In this document: piece after piece, positions 28,046-37,095 of the stretch
Layout of the letters: each line of letters starts with the position of its first letter
How positions within the stretch are numbered: position 1 is the first letter of the stretch
DNA from: Theionarchaea archaeon
GTDB lineage: Archaea; Methanobacteriota_B; Thermococci; Methanofastidiosales; SZ-28-30
NCBI GenBank assembly: GCA_018992685.1
Contig: JACVGT010000007.1
Span: forward strand, 1-64,000
Direction: 5' to 3'
DNA: 64,000 nt
Position numbers and translations under genes: made by a program
The notes under the pieces: model-generated
Databases searched by the model: none
Told to the model about the DNA's origin: nothing
Seen by the model: only the letters and a program-made list of their open reading frames with translations

Positions 28046-28453
28046 TCATCCATGGATTCTTCTGCACTCGGGACACACCTTCAGATTCATCAGGGAGGTT
28101 CCAACTGAGAAGGGAGAGCACTCCAGCTCTTCCTTGCTTCCACAGAGGGGGCACTGTTCCCAAGCTGTAATCCTGAACTTCACTACTCTGCTGGGACAGG
28201 TGTACACTCTTGAATTCCTGTTGGGGGAGCCCAGCATCTGCATGTCTCCGCCTGTGCGCAGCGCGAAGAGAATGGGATACATGCCTGCAAAAGATTCACC
28301 ACATATACCCTTGGGCGTATTCCAGTCGAAGGTGAATGTCTGCCCTTTTTCGTGTTGAGCCCTGCATGCTGAAGCGACCTCAAGAATTTCAACCTCGAAC
28401 TTGATGGGTTCTTTCCACAACTTGACAAATTCGTCAAAATCCATGACTGTCAC
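28046..28453 (-). CDS. hypothetical Cys-containing protein
   Basis: 135-aa ORF with CPLCG...CPEC pairs. Stop overlaps the next gene's start. Confidence 0.4.
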   Translation of the reverse strand: MTVMDFDEFVKLWKEPIKFEVEILEVASACRAQHEKGQTFTFDWNTPKGICGESFAGMYPILFALRTGGDMQMLGSPNRNSRVYTCPSRVVKFRITAWEQCPLCGSKEELECSPFSVGTSLMNLKVCPECRRIHG

Positions 28454-28650
28454 CTTGATGGGTTATCTCTCATTCTTTTTTCTAGTGTTCTGAGTTTTTC
28501 TTTCTCCTTCATTTTCTTCAACGATTCGTCAGGAAAGTCCACTACAAACCAGTCTTGATAGCCACATTTCCTGCACAGCCAGAGTCTTCCCAGTCTCCCA
28601 CCATATCGCAAGACAATATCCGTACTTCCGCATTTTGGACAGCATTTCAT
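28450..28650 (-). CDS. small zinc-ribbon protein
   Basis: MKCCPKCGSTDIV...CRKCGYQD; two CxxC pairs in about 66 aa. The longer ORF to 28827 would overlap the peptidase gene. Confidence 0.4.
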   Translation of the reverse strand: MKCCPKCGSTDIVLRYGGRLGRLWLCRKCGYQDWFVVDFPDESLKKMKEKEKLRTLEKRMRDNPSR

Positions 28651-28741
28651 TTTCTCGACCCCTTGCAGTGAGCAATGTCGTTCTCCAATATCAGGCAGTC
28701 TGTCTGCCAGTCTGAAGATCTTGCGGGGGTACACATATGAT

Positions 28742-30202
28742 CTACTGTGCTGAATTCTTGATGAGCTGGATATAAAACTGTATGCACTCTGTATAGTTTT
28801 CAACAGATATCCGTTCATCAGTTCCATGAATGCGTTTCAAATCCTCTGAAGTCACCACCAATGGAACGATCTTGAATACATTTCGCGTCAACGGTAGATA
28901 GTGACGGGAATCCGTTGCTCCGGTGACCAGGTAGGGAGCTACAACTGTGCTTGGAAAAATCTGTCGGATTGTTCTCTGGATGGCAGCGAAGCTCTGTGAG
29001 TTCGTGTCTGATATCTGAGAAGGATTCCAGGCCTGGGTCATTTGAGCTATTTCTACCCTCGAATCATTGATAACGTCAGCCACTCTCTTCATGACTGTTT
29101 CTGTGGTTTCTCCAGGGAGTATTCTGAAGTTGACTACTGCTCTGACTCTCTTGGGCAGGATATTCTCCTTTGTACCCCCTTCCAGTATTGTGGGGGCCGT
29201 GGTGGTTCGAATTAATGAATCTGTGTTGGGAGATTCGGAAAGTTGGCTGACTACCAGCCCCTTGAACAACCACAGATTGGCAAAGAGGATTTTTTTGATG
29301 AATGTCATTTCAGGCCCAGTGTACTCAACCAAATCCCTGACTACTCCCTTGAACTTGGATGGGAATCTGTGTCTCTCCAGGTTGCTGATGGCTCTGGACA
29401 GAATGCCTGCAGCTGTCTCTCTGGGAGGCATGGAAGAGTGGCCCCCTTCTGATCGTACTGAGAGTTCGAGGCTGATGTACCCTTTTTCCGCTACGCCCAC
29501 CAGAGCTACGGGGACATTGACACCGGGGATTATCCCTATAGTATTCGTGCCGCCTTCATCCAGTATGTATTCCAGAGCGACACCTCTTTCCTTCAGCAAA
29601 GCAGCGATAGAAGAAGCTCCCCGTGGTCCACCCACTTCCTCATCATGACCAAAGGCAAGGTGGATAGTGCGTTCTGGTACAAAGTCTTCCTGCAGTAAAG
29701 CTTCCACAGCTTCTAATATACCCAAGACTCCTTCTTTGATGTCCATGGTACCTCTGCCCCAGATATATCCATCTTTGATATCTCCTGAGAACGGTGGGCA
29801 TGTCCATTCTGATTCGGTTCCAGGTTCAATGGGTACTACATCAAGGTGGGACATCAGCAGGATGGGCGAGACGTTCAGGTTCTTGCCTTTCCATGTGTAA
29901 AGCAGACTGTAGTCTGCAACCACTTCCCTTGTCAGGGTGGAATGCGTTTTGGGAAAGGCTTCCTTCAGGTACTCGTGCAGTCCTTGAAACTGTTTTCTGT
30001 CACATTCGGTCTCCTCCTGGTATGATATCGTCCTGAACTGGACAGCCTTGGACAGACGTTCAGGTGCTTTCTGGTCTATCACTTGGCGCGTCACGGGTTC
30101 AACAGAAAGCTGTCTGGACTTGAAGAGGCCGGCTCGGACGAGCATGACTACAAAGAGAAGTACAATCAACAGTACAACCAATTCTCTAAACATATGAATC
30201 AC
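28742..30202 (-). CDS. M20-family metallopeptidase (carboxypeptidase/aminoacylase-like), N-terminal membrane anchor
   Basis: 486 aa. N-terminal TM helix. SHLDVVP and the GRGTMDIKEG pattern of the M20/M25/M40 family. Confidence 0.8.
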   Translation of the reverse strand: MIHMFRELVVLLIVLLFVVMLVRAGLFKSRQLSVEPVTRQVIDQKAPERLSKAVQFRTISYQEETECDRKQFQGLHEYLKEAFPKTHSTLTREVVADYSLLYTWKGKNLNVSPILLMSHLDVVPIEPGTESEWTCPPFSGDIKDGYIWGRGTMDIKEGVLGILEAVEALLQEDFVPERTIHLAFGHDEEVGGPRGASSIAALLKERGVALEYILDEGGTNTIGIIPGVNVPVALVGVAEKGYISLELSVRSEGGHSSMPPRETAAGILSRAISNLERHRFPSKFKGVVRDLVEYTGPEMTFIKKILFANLWLFKGLVVSQLSESPNTDSLIRTTTAPTILEGGTKENILPKRVRAVVNFRILPGETTETVMKRVADVINDSRVEIAQMTQAWNPSQISDTNSQSFAAIQRTIRQIFPSTVVAPYLVTGATDSRHYLPLTRNVFKIVPLVVTSEDLKRIHGTDERISVENYTECIQFYIQLIKNSAQ

Positions 30203-30404
30203 CTCTAGTTCATCATGGAGCGGTTAGGCTTCCTGATCGATTTTTCTTCGCTTGAACTACATAAATATTTGTGTGTCCAGAGCTACACGACAGGCTGTAA
30301 GGTCTGGCCTTGCTCGACTTTTCGAGGTTGTTGGTAGCCAGGACTGAAAAGAGGGGGTTTGGATCCTGAACATCACCGTCTGCTCAGGTCTTCTGCCTTG
30401 ACCC

Positions 30405-30725
30405 CTAGCGATAGTCCTCCCTTACAGGATAGAATACGTCAATGACCCGTGACCTGGTGACTGCCCTCCCAGCATGAGGGACTCCAGCTGGGATCACCAT
30501 TACTGAACCTTCTTCAAGCAGATGGGGTTCACCTTCCATAATCAATTCCATGGTACCCTCAAGCACATTCACCACCTGTTCATGAGGATGAGAATGTTCG
30601 GGCAGGGGTGCACCGGCAGCAATATTCCAGTAGGCTATCGTCATATTCTCAGTATGTATGAATTTACCATGATATCCGGGGATGATTTCTTTTTCCTTGA
30701 CTTCACGCAAATTGTATGTGTGCAT
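30405..30725 (-). CDS. cupin domain protein
   Basis: 106 aa with the two-His cupin motif (PEHSHPHEQ...VIPAGVPH). Confidence 0.75.
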   Translation of the reverse strand: MHTYNLREVKEKEIIPGYHGKFIHTENMTIAYWNIAAGAPLPEHSHPHEQVVNVLEGTMELIMEGEPHLLEEGSVMVIPAGVPHAGRAVTRSRVIDVFYPVREDYR

Positions 30726-30932
30726 AGGTTCTTCCTCCTTTCATGCTTTCTTTGAGGATACCATTTATACCTTTTCCCCGGGCACAATACGTGGAGTCTC
30801 TTTGGAATTGCTTTGCAATCCTTCACTCCACACGAAACAAGGGCAACCAGAACCTCAAACCTTACATTTTGTAGTATCATCTGCAGCAGTCTGTTGATTC
30901 GAGACGAGTGGAAAATGAGCACAATCTGTTTC

Positions 30933-31607
30933 CTAGACATCATGCTGCCATTTTTCTATGAATCTTCTTGCTGCCTTCTGTGTCCGGGGGCTGGTGCTGG
31001 TTAGCTGTTTCCTAACGAATTCCATGATTTCCTGTTTTTCTTTTGACTGTTCGAAATACTCATCAAATGCCTGGATAGCATACGATTTCACCAGTTCCTT
31101 CTGTCTGCCAGCGTGATCTCTATCAATGTGCAGCAGCTTTTCTGTTATTCTGGACTCCAGGGCGGGATTGTTTCCAGCAATCCTGCCCGAGACTGCTGCT
31201 ACATGTGATGCTGTCATGGTCTTCTTACCACGTAATATGTTGTAGAATGTGTCGAACAGGTTTTCAAATTTCCCCTCCGAATCGACATTGGTGAGGGCTG
31301 CTATCATGTATATCCCGATGTATTGTGAATACGAGTTGCTGCTGGACAGCAGTTCTGCAAAGAAGTCCCAGCTGGGATAGAGTATTTCCGGGTGATTTTC
31401 GCTTATATGTAGCAGGACGTTGAAACTGTTGAACCTGATTACGTCCGTCTTTGACCTTAGGCATTCAAGCAGTTTTGAGAGTATTTCTCTGTCCCTTAGT
31501 GCTTTTTCAGCCATGTTCTTAACATCAATTTCCTTTTTTTCAAGTTCAGGTATCATAAATCTGCCTCCGTCGCCGGTCAGCCCCAGCAGGCATTCTGTTC
31601 CAGCCAC
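30933..31607 (-). CDS. hypothetical alpha-helical (HEAT/ARM-like) protein
   Basis: 224-aa helical repeat-like sequence. Start could instead be the internal Met at 31556. Confidence 0.45.
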   Translation of the reverse strand: MAGTECLLGLTGDGGRFMIPELEKKEIDVKNMAEKALRDREILSKLLECLRSKTDVIRFNSFNVLLHISENHPEILYPSWDFFAELLSSSNSYSQYIGIYMIAALTNVDSEGKFENLFDTFYNILRGKKTMTASHVAAVSGRIAGNNPALESRITEKLLHIDRDHAGRQKELVKSYAIQAFDEYFEQSKEKQEIMEFVRKQLTSTSPRTQKAARRFIEKWQHDV

Positions 31608-31646
31608 AGACCCACAGTACTCTCTGCCTGTGAGGGTTTTCCTGTG

Positions 31647-32201
31647 CTACCGTCTCACCATCTGTACGCAGTCTGCACTGCACACATCAGCACACAACCC
31701 GCATCCGTAGCAGTTCTCCCTGGAAATTTCAAGACACCCTTCTTGGATTTTTCGAGCACCAAAGTAACAGACCTCCGCACAGTCACCACACCCAGTGCAG
31801 GATTCGATATCCGTCTTTTCCATAAATGTTCCCTTATCACATGATTCAGCTGCCTCTCCAAAGTAATAGCAGCAGTCATCACAGCAAAAGCAGATCCCTT
31901 GGATGCGAGTTTTTTCGGTTTCATAACGGAAGGGACGAGTAACGAGATGGGTTTGCTCTGCTTCTTTGAGGATGCCTTCCACGAAATTCCTCTCTACTTC
32001 CTTCAGCCCTGAGCCCGTTCCGCCCATTTCAGGATCGAAGAACAGACATACATCCATTCGAGAGCGGCTACACCCTGATCCACGTTCTCGGCATCCGCAG
32101 TTGGAAACCCAAAACCTTTCCTGGTGCGCTATTATTTCGCGTGCTTCATCTCTGGTGCAAACAAAATGAAAATGCAAATCTTCGTTCATAATGCCTTTCA
32201 T
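31647..32201 (-). CDS. Cys-rich ferredoxin-domain protein (paralog family A, short form)
   Basis: VSNCGCRERGSGCS, CFCCDDCC, CTGCGDCAEVC...CYGCGLCADVC. Same Cys spacing as 27175..27981. Confidence 0.6.
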   Translation of the reverse strand: MKGIMNEDLHFHFVCTRDEAREIIAHQERFWVSNCGCRERGSGCSRSRMDVCLFFDPEMGGTGSGLKEVERNFVEGILKEAEQTHLVTRPFRYETEKTRIQGICFCCDDCCYYFGEAAESCDKGTFMEKTDIESCTGCGDCAEVCYFGARKIQEGCLEISRENCYGCGLCADVCSADCVQMVRR

Positions 32202-32225
32202 CTCCTACTGCTTCATAAAGATTTG

Positions 32226-33026
32226 TCACTGCTGGCAAGATGGACACAGATACGTGGTAGAACCCAGAACATTCATTTTCTCAATGGACGTGCCACACAC
32301 AGGACAGGCTCTTCCCAGACTGTGAGCGCCCAGAACCTTATGGTATCCTCCTGAATTTCCATACAGGTCAGTAATATCATCTTTTCCTCCCGATATTACA
32401 GCATCAGTGATTATTTCTCTTATTGTGGTATAGAGTGTTCTCTTCTCCTTCTCGGTGAGATCTCTTGCCTTTCTTTTTGGATGTACTCCCGCCCTGAATA
32501 CAATTTCTTGAAAATAGCCATTGCCTAATCCTGCAAGGATACTCTGATTCAGGAGAATGGCTTTCACGATCTTGACACCATTCTGCTCAAGGATCTCATT
32601 GAAGGATTCAATCGTGAACGTGGTGTCAAGAGGGGAAATCCCCAATACTCCTGGATACTTGAACGTTCCCAGTTCATCCTTTTGAACTACTCGCAGAAAA
32701 CTCATTCCATGGTTGCGAATGGTCAGTACTGTCCTGTCGGAAAAATCCACTCTCAGAGTGTAGACCTGGGGGATAGTTCCCGTGGTAGCATGGTATAGTA
32801 CATGCCCAGTGTGTTCGCCAACCTGCAAATACGTTTCAGAGGACATTTTCACAGAAATCCATTTTCCTTTTCCTTCAACTGACTCAATAGTCTTTCCGGT
32901 TAATGCAGCTTCGAAATCCTTCTTTGGCAGGTTGAAGTATCCCTTCTCGTTGAAATCAGCACTCTTTATCGTTTTTCCTATTAGTTCCTTATTCATTTGC
33001 TGGACCAACGCTAGTATGTCTGGCAA
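32226..33026 (-). CDS. Fpg/Nei-family DNA glycosylase
   Basis: N-terminal MPD (catalytic Pro2). H2TH region. C-terminal zinc finger CPVCG...CPSC. Confidence 0.85.
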   Translation of the reverse strand: MPDILALVQQMNKELIGKTIKSADFNEKGYFNLPKKDFEAALTGKTIESVEGKGKWISVKMSSETYLQVGEHTGHVLYHATTGTIPQVYTLRVDFSDRTVLTIRNHGMSFLRVVQKDELGTFKYPGVLGISPLDTTFTIESFNEILEQNGVKIVKAILLNQSILAGLGNGYFQEIVFRAGVHPKRKARDLTEKEKRTLYTTIREIITDAVISGGKDDITDLYGNSGGYHKVLGAHSLGRACPVCGTSIEKMNVLGSTTYLCPSCQQ

Positions 33027-33686
33027 CTCATACAGGAAGCATACCTCCCTCTTCTCCTTAGGTGATTACGTCTCATCCCTTCCTCAGGGAGATTGTATGA
33101 GCATATGGGTCATCCTATTTATACTTTCCTTCAAGATACCGCCTTTCCTGACTTATTCTTCTTCCCAGTGGGAATCTGAGACTCTCATCACACGCTATCC
33201 ATCGCTTTCCGCGTTCCTTCAATACGTAACCAATTCCCCCCCAACCTGACATCTTACGGGAAGAGAGCATACTGTTTCGGAAGGCTCTCTGAATCTTTTG
33301 CAGATAGTTCTTCGGTTCCAAGTTTCGACCTCTTACTCGTGTTATACACCTCCTTACTTGGCACATTTCTTTGTGCAGTGCTTTTGCTCTATAACAGGCA
33401 GAGATTCCTCTTATATAAATTCTTCGATAGATTCGTTACAATTCGCACTGACAGAAAGATCTTATATGGGAATGACTCATAAACCGTTGAGCTGCAATTA
33501 TTCCAGGTACATATCTCATTCTATTACGGAGTTCTGGCAGGGGCATAATTCACGCAAATTCTATGTCTGCGAACGGAAGGAATACAAGCATGAATGGAAA
33601 CCTTTATATATTCACATACACATATAAAATCAATATTCGATGTGAATAATTAATGTGATAGATAACAATCTCATGAGATGAAAAAA

Positions 33687-33728
33687 GTGCAGATGAGCTG
33701 GATTCATTCTCATGGTTGATATCTGCAC
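33687..33728 (+). promoter_or_regulatory. interleaved inverted repeats (tcatgaga/tctcatgg and gtgcagat/atctgcac) immediately upstream of the flavodoxin SD
   Basis: gtgcagat at 33687-33694 pairs with atctgcac at 33721-33728; the partner half-sites tcatgaga at 33671-78 and tctcatgg at 33708-15 fall outside/within this span. The SD AGGTGA follows. Confidence 0.3.
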
Positions 33729-33744
33729 AACTAAAGGTGATAAT

Positions 33745-34290
33745 ATGTCCAAGAAAGGAGGAAAGAAAGTGCTTGGAATTGTAGGAAGTCCACATCTTGA
33801 AGGAAATACTGATAGGCTTGTAGCAGCAGTCCTGAAAGGCGCAGAGGAAGCCGGCGCTGAAACGGAAAAAATCATACTCAATACGCTGGAGATTTCTCCC
33901 TGCCAGGCCTGCAACACCTGTCACAAGACTGGTCGGTGTGTGCAGGAAGACGACATGCTCACAGTTCTGGACAAGATGGAGCGGAGTCATGTGTGGGTCT
34001 TGGGTACTCCGGTCTACTGGTGGGGACCTTCTGCACAGTTCAAAGCCTTTCTGGATCGATGGTATGGTGTTGATCGGGCAGTTTTCAAAGATAAGAGTGC
34101 TGTCATCGTAATTACTCTGGGGGGCAGTGAAAGTTATGCAAAGTACACCGTGGGGATCTTGACAAGTGTTCTTCCATATCTTAATATTGAACACATTGGA
34201 ACAGTGCTTGCTCCCGGGGGCATACCTGGTACCCCCCACATACTGGAAAAGGCTTTTCACGTCGGGCTAGAATCCATTGAGAGGCGGTGA
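33745..34290 (+). CDS. flavodoxin-like / iron-sulfur flavoprotein (NADPH-dependent FMN reductase family)
   Basis: KVLGIVGSPHLEGNT flavodoxin-like N-terminus. CQACNTC cysteine cluster typical of Isf. SD AGGTGA 5 bp upstream. Confidence 0.75.
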   Translation: MSKKGGKKVLGIVGSPHLEGNTDRLVAAVLKGAEEAGAETEKIILNTLEISPCQACNTCHKTGRCVQEDDMLTVLDKMERSHVWVLGTPVYWWGPSAQFKAFLDRWYGVDRAVFKDKSAVIVITLGGSESYAKYTVGILTSVLPYLNIEHIGTVLAPGGIPGTPHILEKAFHVGLESIERR

Positions 34291-34306
34291 TCACGTGCTC
34301 TGCAGA

Positions 34307-35467
34307 ATGCTGGGAAGTACTGGAATAAGAACATCTATTCTGGGATTTGGATGCATGCGGCTGCCAACTGTGGCCTGGGATAAGGCAGAAATAGCCGAAA
34401 AGGAAGCAATTAAGATTATCAGAAAAGGAATTGACAATGGGATAACCTATGTTGATACTGCAGAGCCCTACCACATGGGTGAGAGTGAAATAGTACTGGG
34501 CAAGGCACTCAAGGACGGATACAGGGATAGAATCACTCTAGCTACCAAGTCTCCAGTATGGAAAGACGACTTTGATAGACCCGATCAGTTTGAGAACTAT
34601 TTGAACCTTCAGCTCAAACGGTTGGGCGTGGATTATGTTGACATATACCTTTTTCATTCTCTCAACCAGAACTTATGGAAGGAAAAAGTTCTGGAGTTCG
34701 ATCTCATTGAAAGAGCAGAAAAAGCAAGGGATGAAGGAAAGATCAGGCATATAGGGTTCTCTTTCCATGACAGTCCTGAGGTCTTGAAAGAGATCATTGA
34801 TTCCAATGCATTCAAAGTCATGCTGGTTCAATACAACATCCTCAATCCTGTAAATGAAGAAATGATCTCCTATGCTGCGGAAAAGGGTCTCGGAGTGGCA
34901 ATCATGGGTTCAGTTGCTGGCGGCCGCCTGGCGGGTGAACCTCCAGCTGAAATGCGTCAATGGCTGAGCACAGGCAGGAAGAATTTTGTGGATCTGGCAT
35001 TGAAATTCGTGTGGACCCACCCTAATGTCTCGGTCGCTCTCTCTGGCATGGGTTCTGAACAGATGGTTGATGACAACCTGGGCATTGCTTCGGGTAGCTC
35101 GTGTACGTTGAGTCCAAAGGAGACGGAAATTGCTCAAGACATCAGACAGAAATTCAAAGAACTGACGAACAATATCTGCACAACCTGCGAATACTGCATA
35201 CCCTGCCCAAATGAAGTCAATATTCCCTTTATTTTTACAGCACTCATGTATTACCAGGTCTACAGCCAGAAAGAAAGAGCTCGCCTGTATTACAAGAACA
35301 TAGGGAATGTTGAGGCGTACTATCCTCCGGGAAAAGATGCTACCGGTTGTGTTGAATGTGGAGAATGTGAAAAGAAGTGCCCTCAGAAGATTTCGATTAT
35401 AGAACAGCTGAAGAAAGCACATCAGATTCTCAGCGAAGATGAAATCGAACGGAGAGATGAAAAATGA
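34307..35467 (+). CDS. aldo/keto reductase with ferredoxin-like Cys-rich C-terminus (paralog 1)
   Basis: AKR N-terminus (GFGCMRLP, D..Y..K..H catalytic pattern). C-terminal CTTCEYCIPCP...CVECGECEKKCP. Confidence 0.85.
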   Translation: MLGSTGIRTSILGFGCMRLPTVAWDKAEIAEKEAIKIIRKGIDNGITYVDTAEPYHMGESEIVLGKALKDGYRDRITLATKSPVWKDDFDRPDQFENYLNLQLKRLGVDYVDIYLFHSLNQNLWKEKVLEFDLIERAEKARDEGKIRHIGFSFHDSPEVLKEIIDSNAFKVMLVQYNILNPVNEEMISYAAEKGLGVAIMGSVAGGRLAGEPPAEMRQWLSTGRKNFVDLALKFVWTHPNVSVALSGMGSEQMVDDNLGIASGSSCTLSPKETEIAQDIRQKFKELTNNICTTCEYCIPCPNEVNIPFIFTALMYYQVYSQKERARLYYKNIGNVEAYYPPGKDATGCVECGECEKKCPQKISIIEQLKKAHQILSEDEIERRDEK

Positions 35468-36516
35468 AAACCATTGTCTTGGGTAAGACTGGACTGGAAG
35501 TGTCCAGAGTCGGGATAGGTGGCATTCCTCTGAACCGTCCCTCCGAAGAGAAGGCAATCAAGGTGGTGCAGCGTGCTCTGGACCTGGGAGTCAATTTCAT
35601 CGACACTGCCAATGGATATTCAGAGAGTGAGAATCGCATCGGAAAGGCAATATCAGGACGCCGAGAAGAAGTAATCATAGCAACCAAGACAGGAAGACGG
35701 GATAAGGACGCAGCACTACAGGAACTGGAAGTCAGCCTAGAGAGGCTTCGCACTGATTATATTGATATCTGGCAGTTTCACGGTATCAACACTGCTGCGA
35801 TTCTGGAAAAAGTGTTAGAACCGGGTGGAGCAATGGAAGGAGCACAGGTTGCGTTGAGGAAAGGTAAAGTCAGGCATATTGGATTCAGCAGCCACAATCT
35901 GGAGATCGCTATGAAAGCGGTAAGTTCTGGTCAGTTTGAGACGGTTCAATTCCCCCTCAACTTCGTCTCCGATGAAGCTGCACCAAGTTTGGTCCCGCTG
36001 GCGAGGCAGGAAGACATGGGATTCATTGCAATGAAGCCATTTGCTGGAGGAAGGATACGAGATGCTGATCTTGCCATCAAATATCTGCTCCAATTTGACA
36101 CTGTTGTTCCAGATCCGGGTGTTCAGAAAGTCGAGGAAATTGAAGAAATTGTTGGAATTGTGGACAGTGAGTCATGGGAAGTGTCATCTCAGGACTTAGA
36201 AAGAATAGAAAGCATTCGTGAGAAAGTAGGGAAAAGATTCTGCCGGCAGTGCACCTACTGTATGCCCTGTCCTCAGGAGGTCTTCATATGTGGTGTCCTG
36301 TACTTGCCGATTTTGTGGGAGCTGTGGCCGTCTGATTGGTTTTTTAACTGGGACTACGTTAACCATTCGGTGAAAAGTGCGAAGAACTGCATAAGATGTG
36401 GCGAATGCGAAGAAAAATGCCCGTACTTATTGCCTATCAGAGAAATGATCGAGGAGAGTGTCAATTTCTTCGAACAGAAGGCAAGAGAGTATAATAGGAA
36501 GGAGATTAAGAACTAG
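35464..36516 (+). CDS. aldo/keto reductase with ferredoxin-like Cys-rich C-terminus (paralog 2)
   Basis: Overlaps the previous stop by 4 nt (ATGA). AKR core plus C-terminal CRQCTYCMPCP...CIRCGECEEKCP. Confidence 0.85.
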   Translation: MKTIVLGKTGLEVSRVGIGGIPLNRPSEEKAIKVVQRALDLGVNFIDTANGYSESENRIGKAISGRREEVIIATKTGRRDKDAALQELEVSLERLRTDYIDIWQFHGINTAAILEKVLEPGGAMEGAQVALRKGKVRHIGFSSHNLEIAMKAVSSGQFETVQFPLNFVSDEAAPSLVPLARQEDMGFIAMKPFAGGRIRDADLAIKYLLQFDTVVPDPGVQKVEEIEEIVGIVDSESWEVSSQDLERIESIREKVGKRFCRQCTYCMPCPQEVFICGVLYLPILWELWPSDWFFNWDYVNHSVKSAKNCIRCGECEEKCPYLLPIREMIEESVNFFEQKAREYNRKEIKN

Positions 36517-36535
36517 CACATAAGGAGGTTTGTAA

Positions 36536-37081
36536 ATGAACATGATTGAGAGAAAAGTCAGGTACTTCCCGAATTATGGAGCACAGAATACAGATCAAGT
36601 CATTGAAATTGTAAAGAATCGAGCAACAGAGGGTGATGTGAGGACAGTCGTGGTTGCCAGCACTTCTGGAGAAACGGGTGTCAAATTTTTAAGAGAACTC
36701 GGAGACATTGCAGCTGTTGTCGTCGTCTCACACGAGAAAATGAATCCCACCCACAAACAGCGCATTACTGAACTGGGTGGTATCGCACTGGACACGACTC
36801 ATCTACCTCTGCACACGCCAGGAATGGATCCTATCAGAGAGGCGTTTCGAACTCTTGGCCAAGGATTTAAAGTCGCAGTCGAAGTTATTCTTATTGCTTC
36901 CGACAAAGGAGAAGTTGCCGTGTACGAAGACGTTATTGGGGTAGGCGGAACTGGCCGAGGGGAAGACACTGCAATACTTGCCAGAGCAACCCCCACCCAA
37001 GATGCATTTGGCAGTGATGAGACGAAGAAACTGGAAATCAGGGAAATCCTTGCCATGCCACTGAAGAAGAAATGGTGGTAG
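36536..37081 (+). CDS. hypothetical protein
   Basis: 181 aa. Strong SD AAGGAGGT 8 bp upstream. Located between AKR paralogs 2 and 3. Confidence 0.5.
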   Translation: MNMIERKVRYFPNYGAQNTDQVIEIVKNRATEGDVRTVVVASTSGETGVKFLRELGDIAAVVVVSHEKMNPTHKQRITELGGIALDTTHLPLHTPGMDPIREAFRTLGQGFKVAVEVILIASDKGEVAVYEDVIGVGGTGRGEDTAILARATPTQDAFGSDETKKLEIREILAMPLKKKWW

Positions 37082-37095
37082 GAGAGGGTGCTGCA

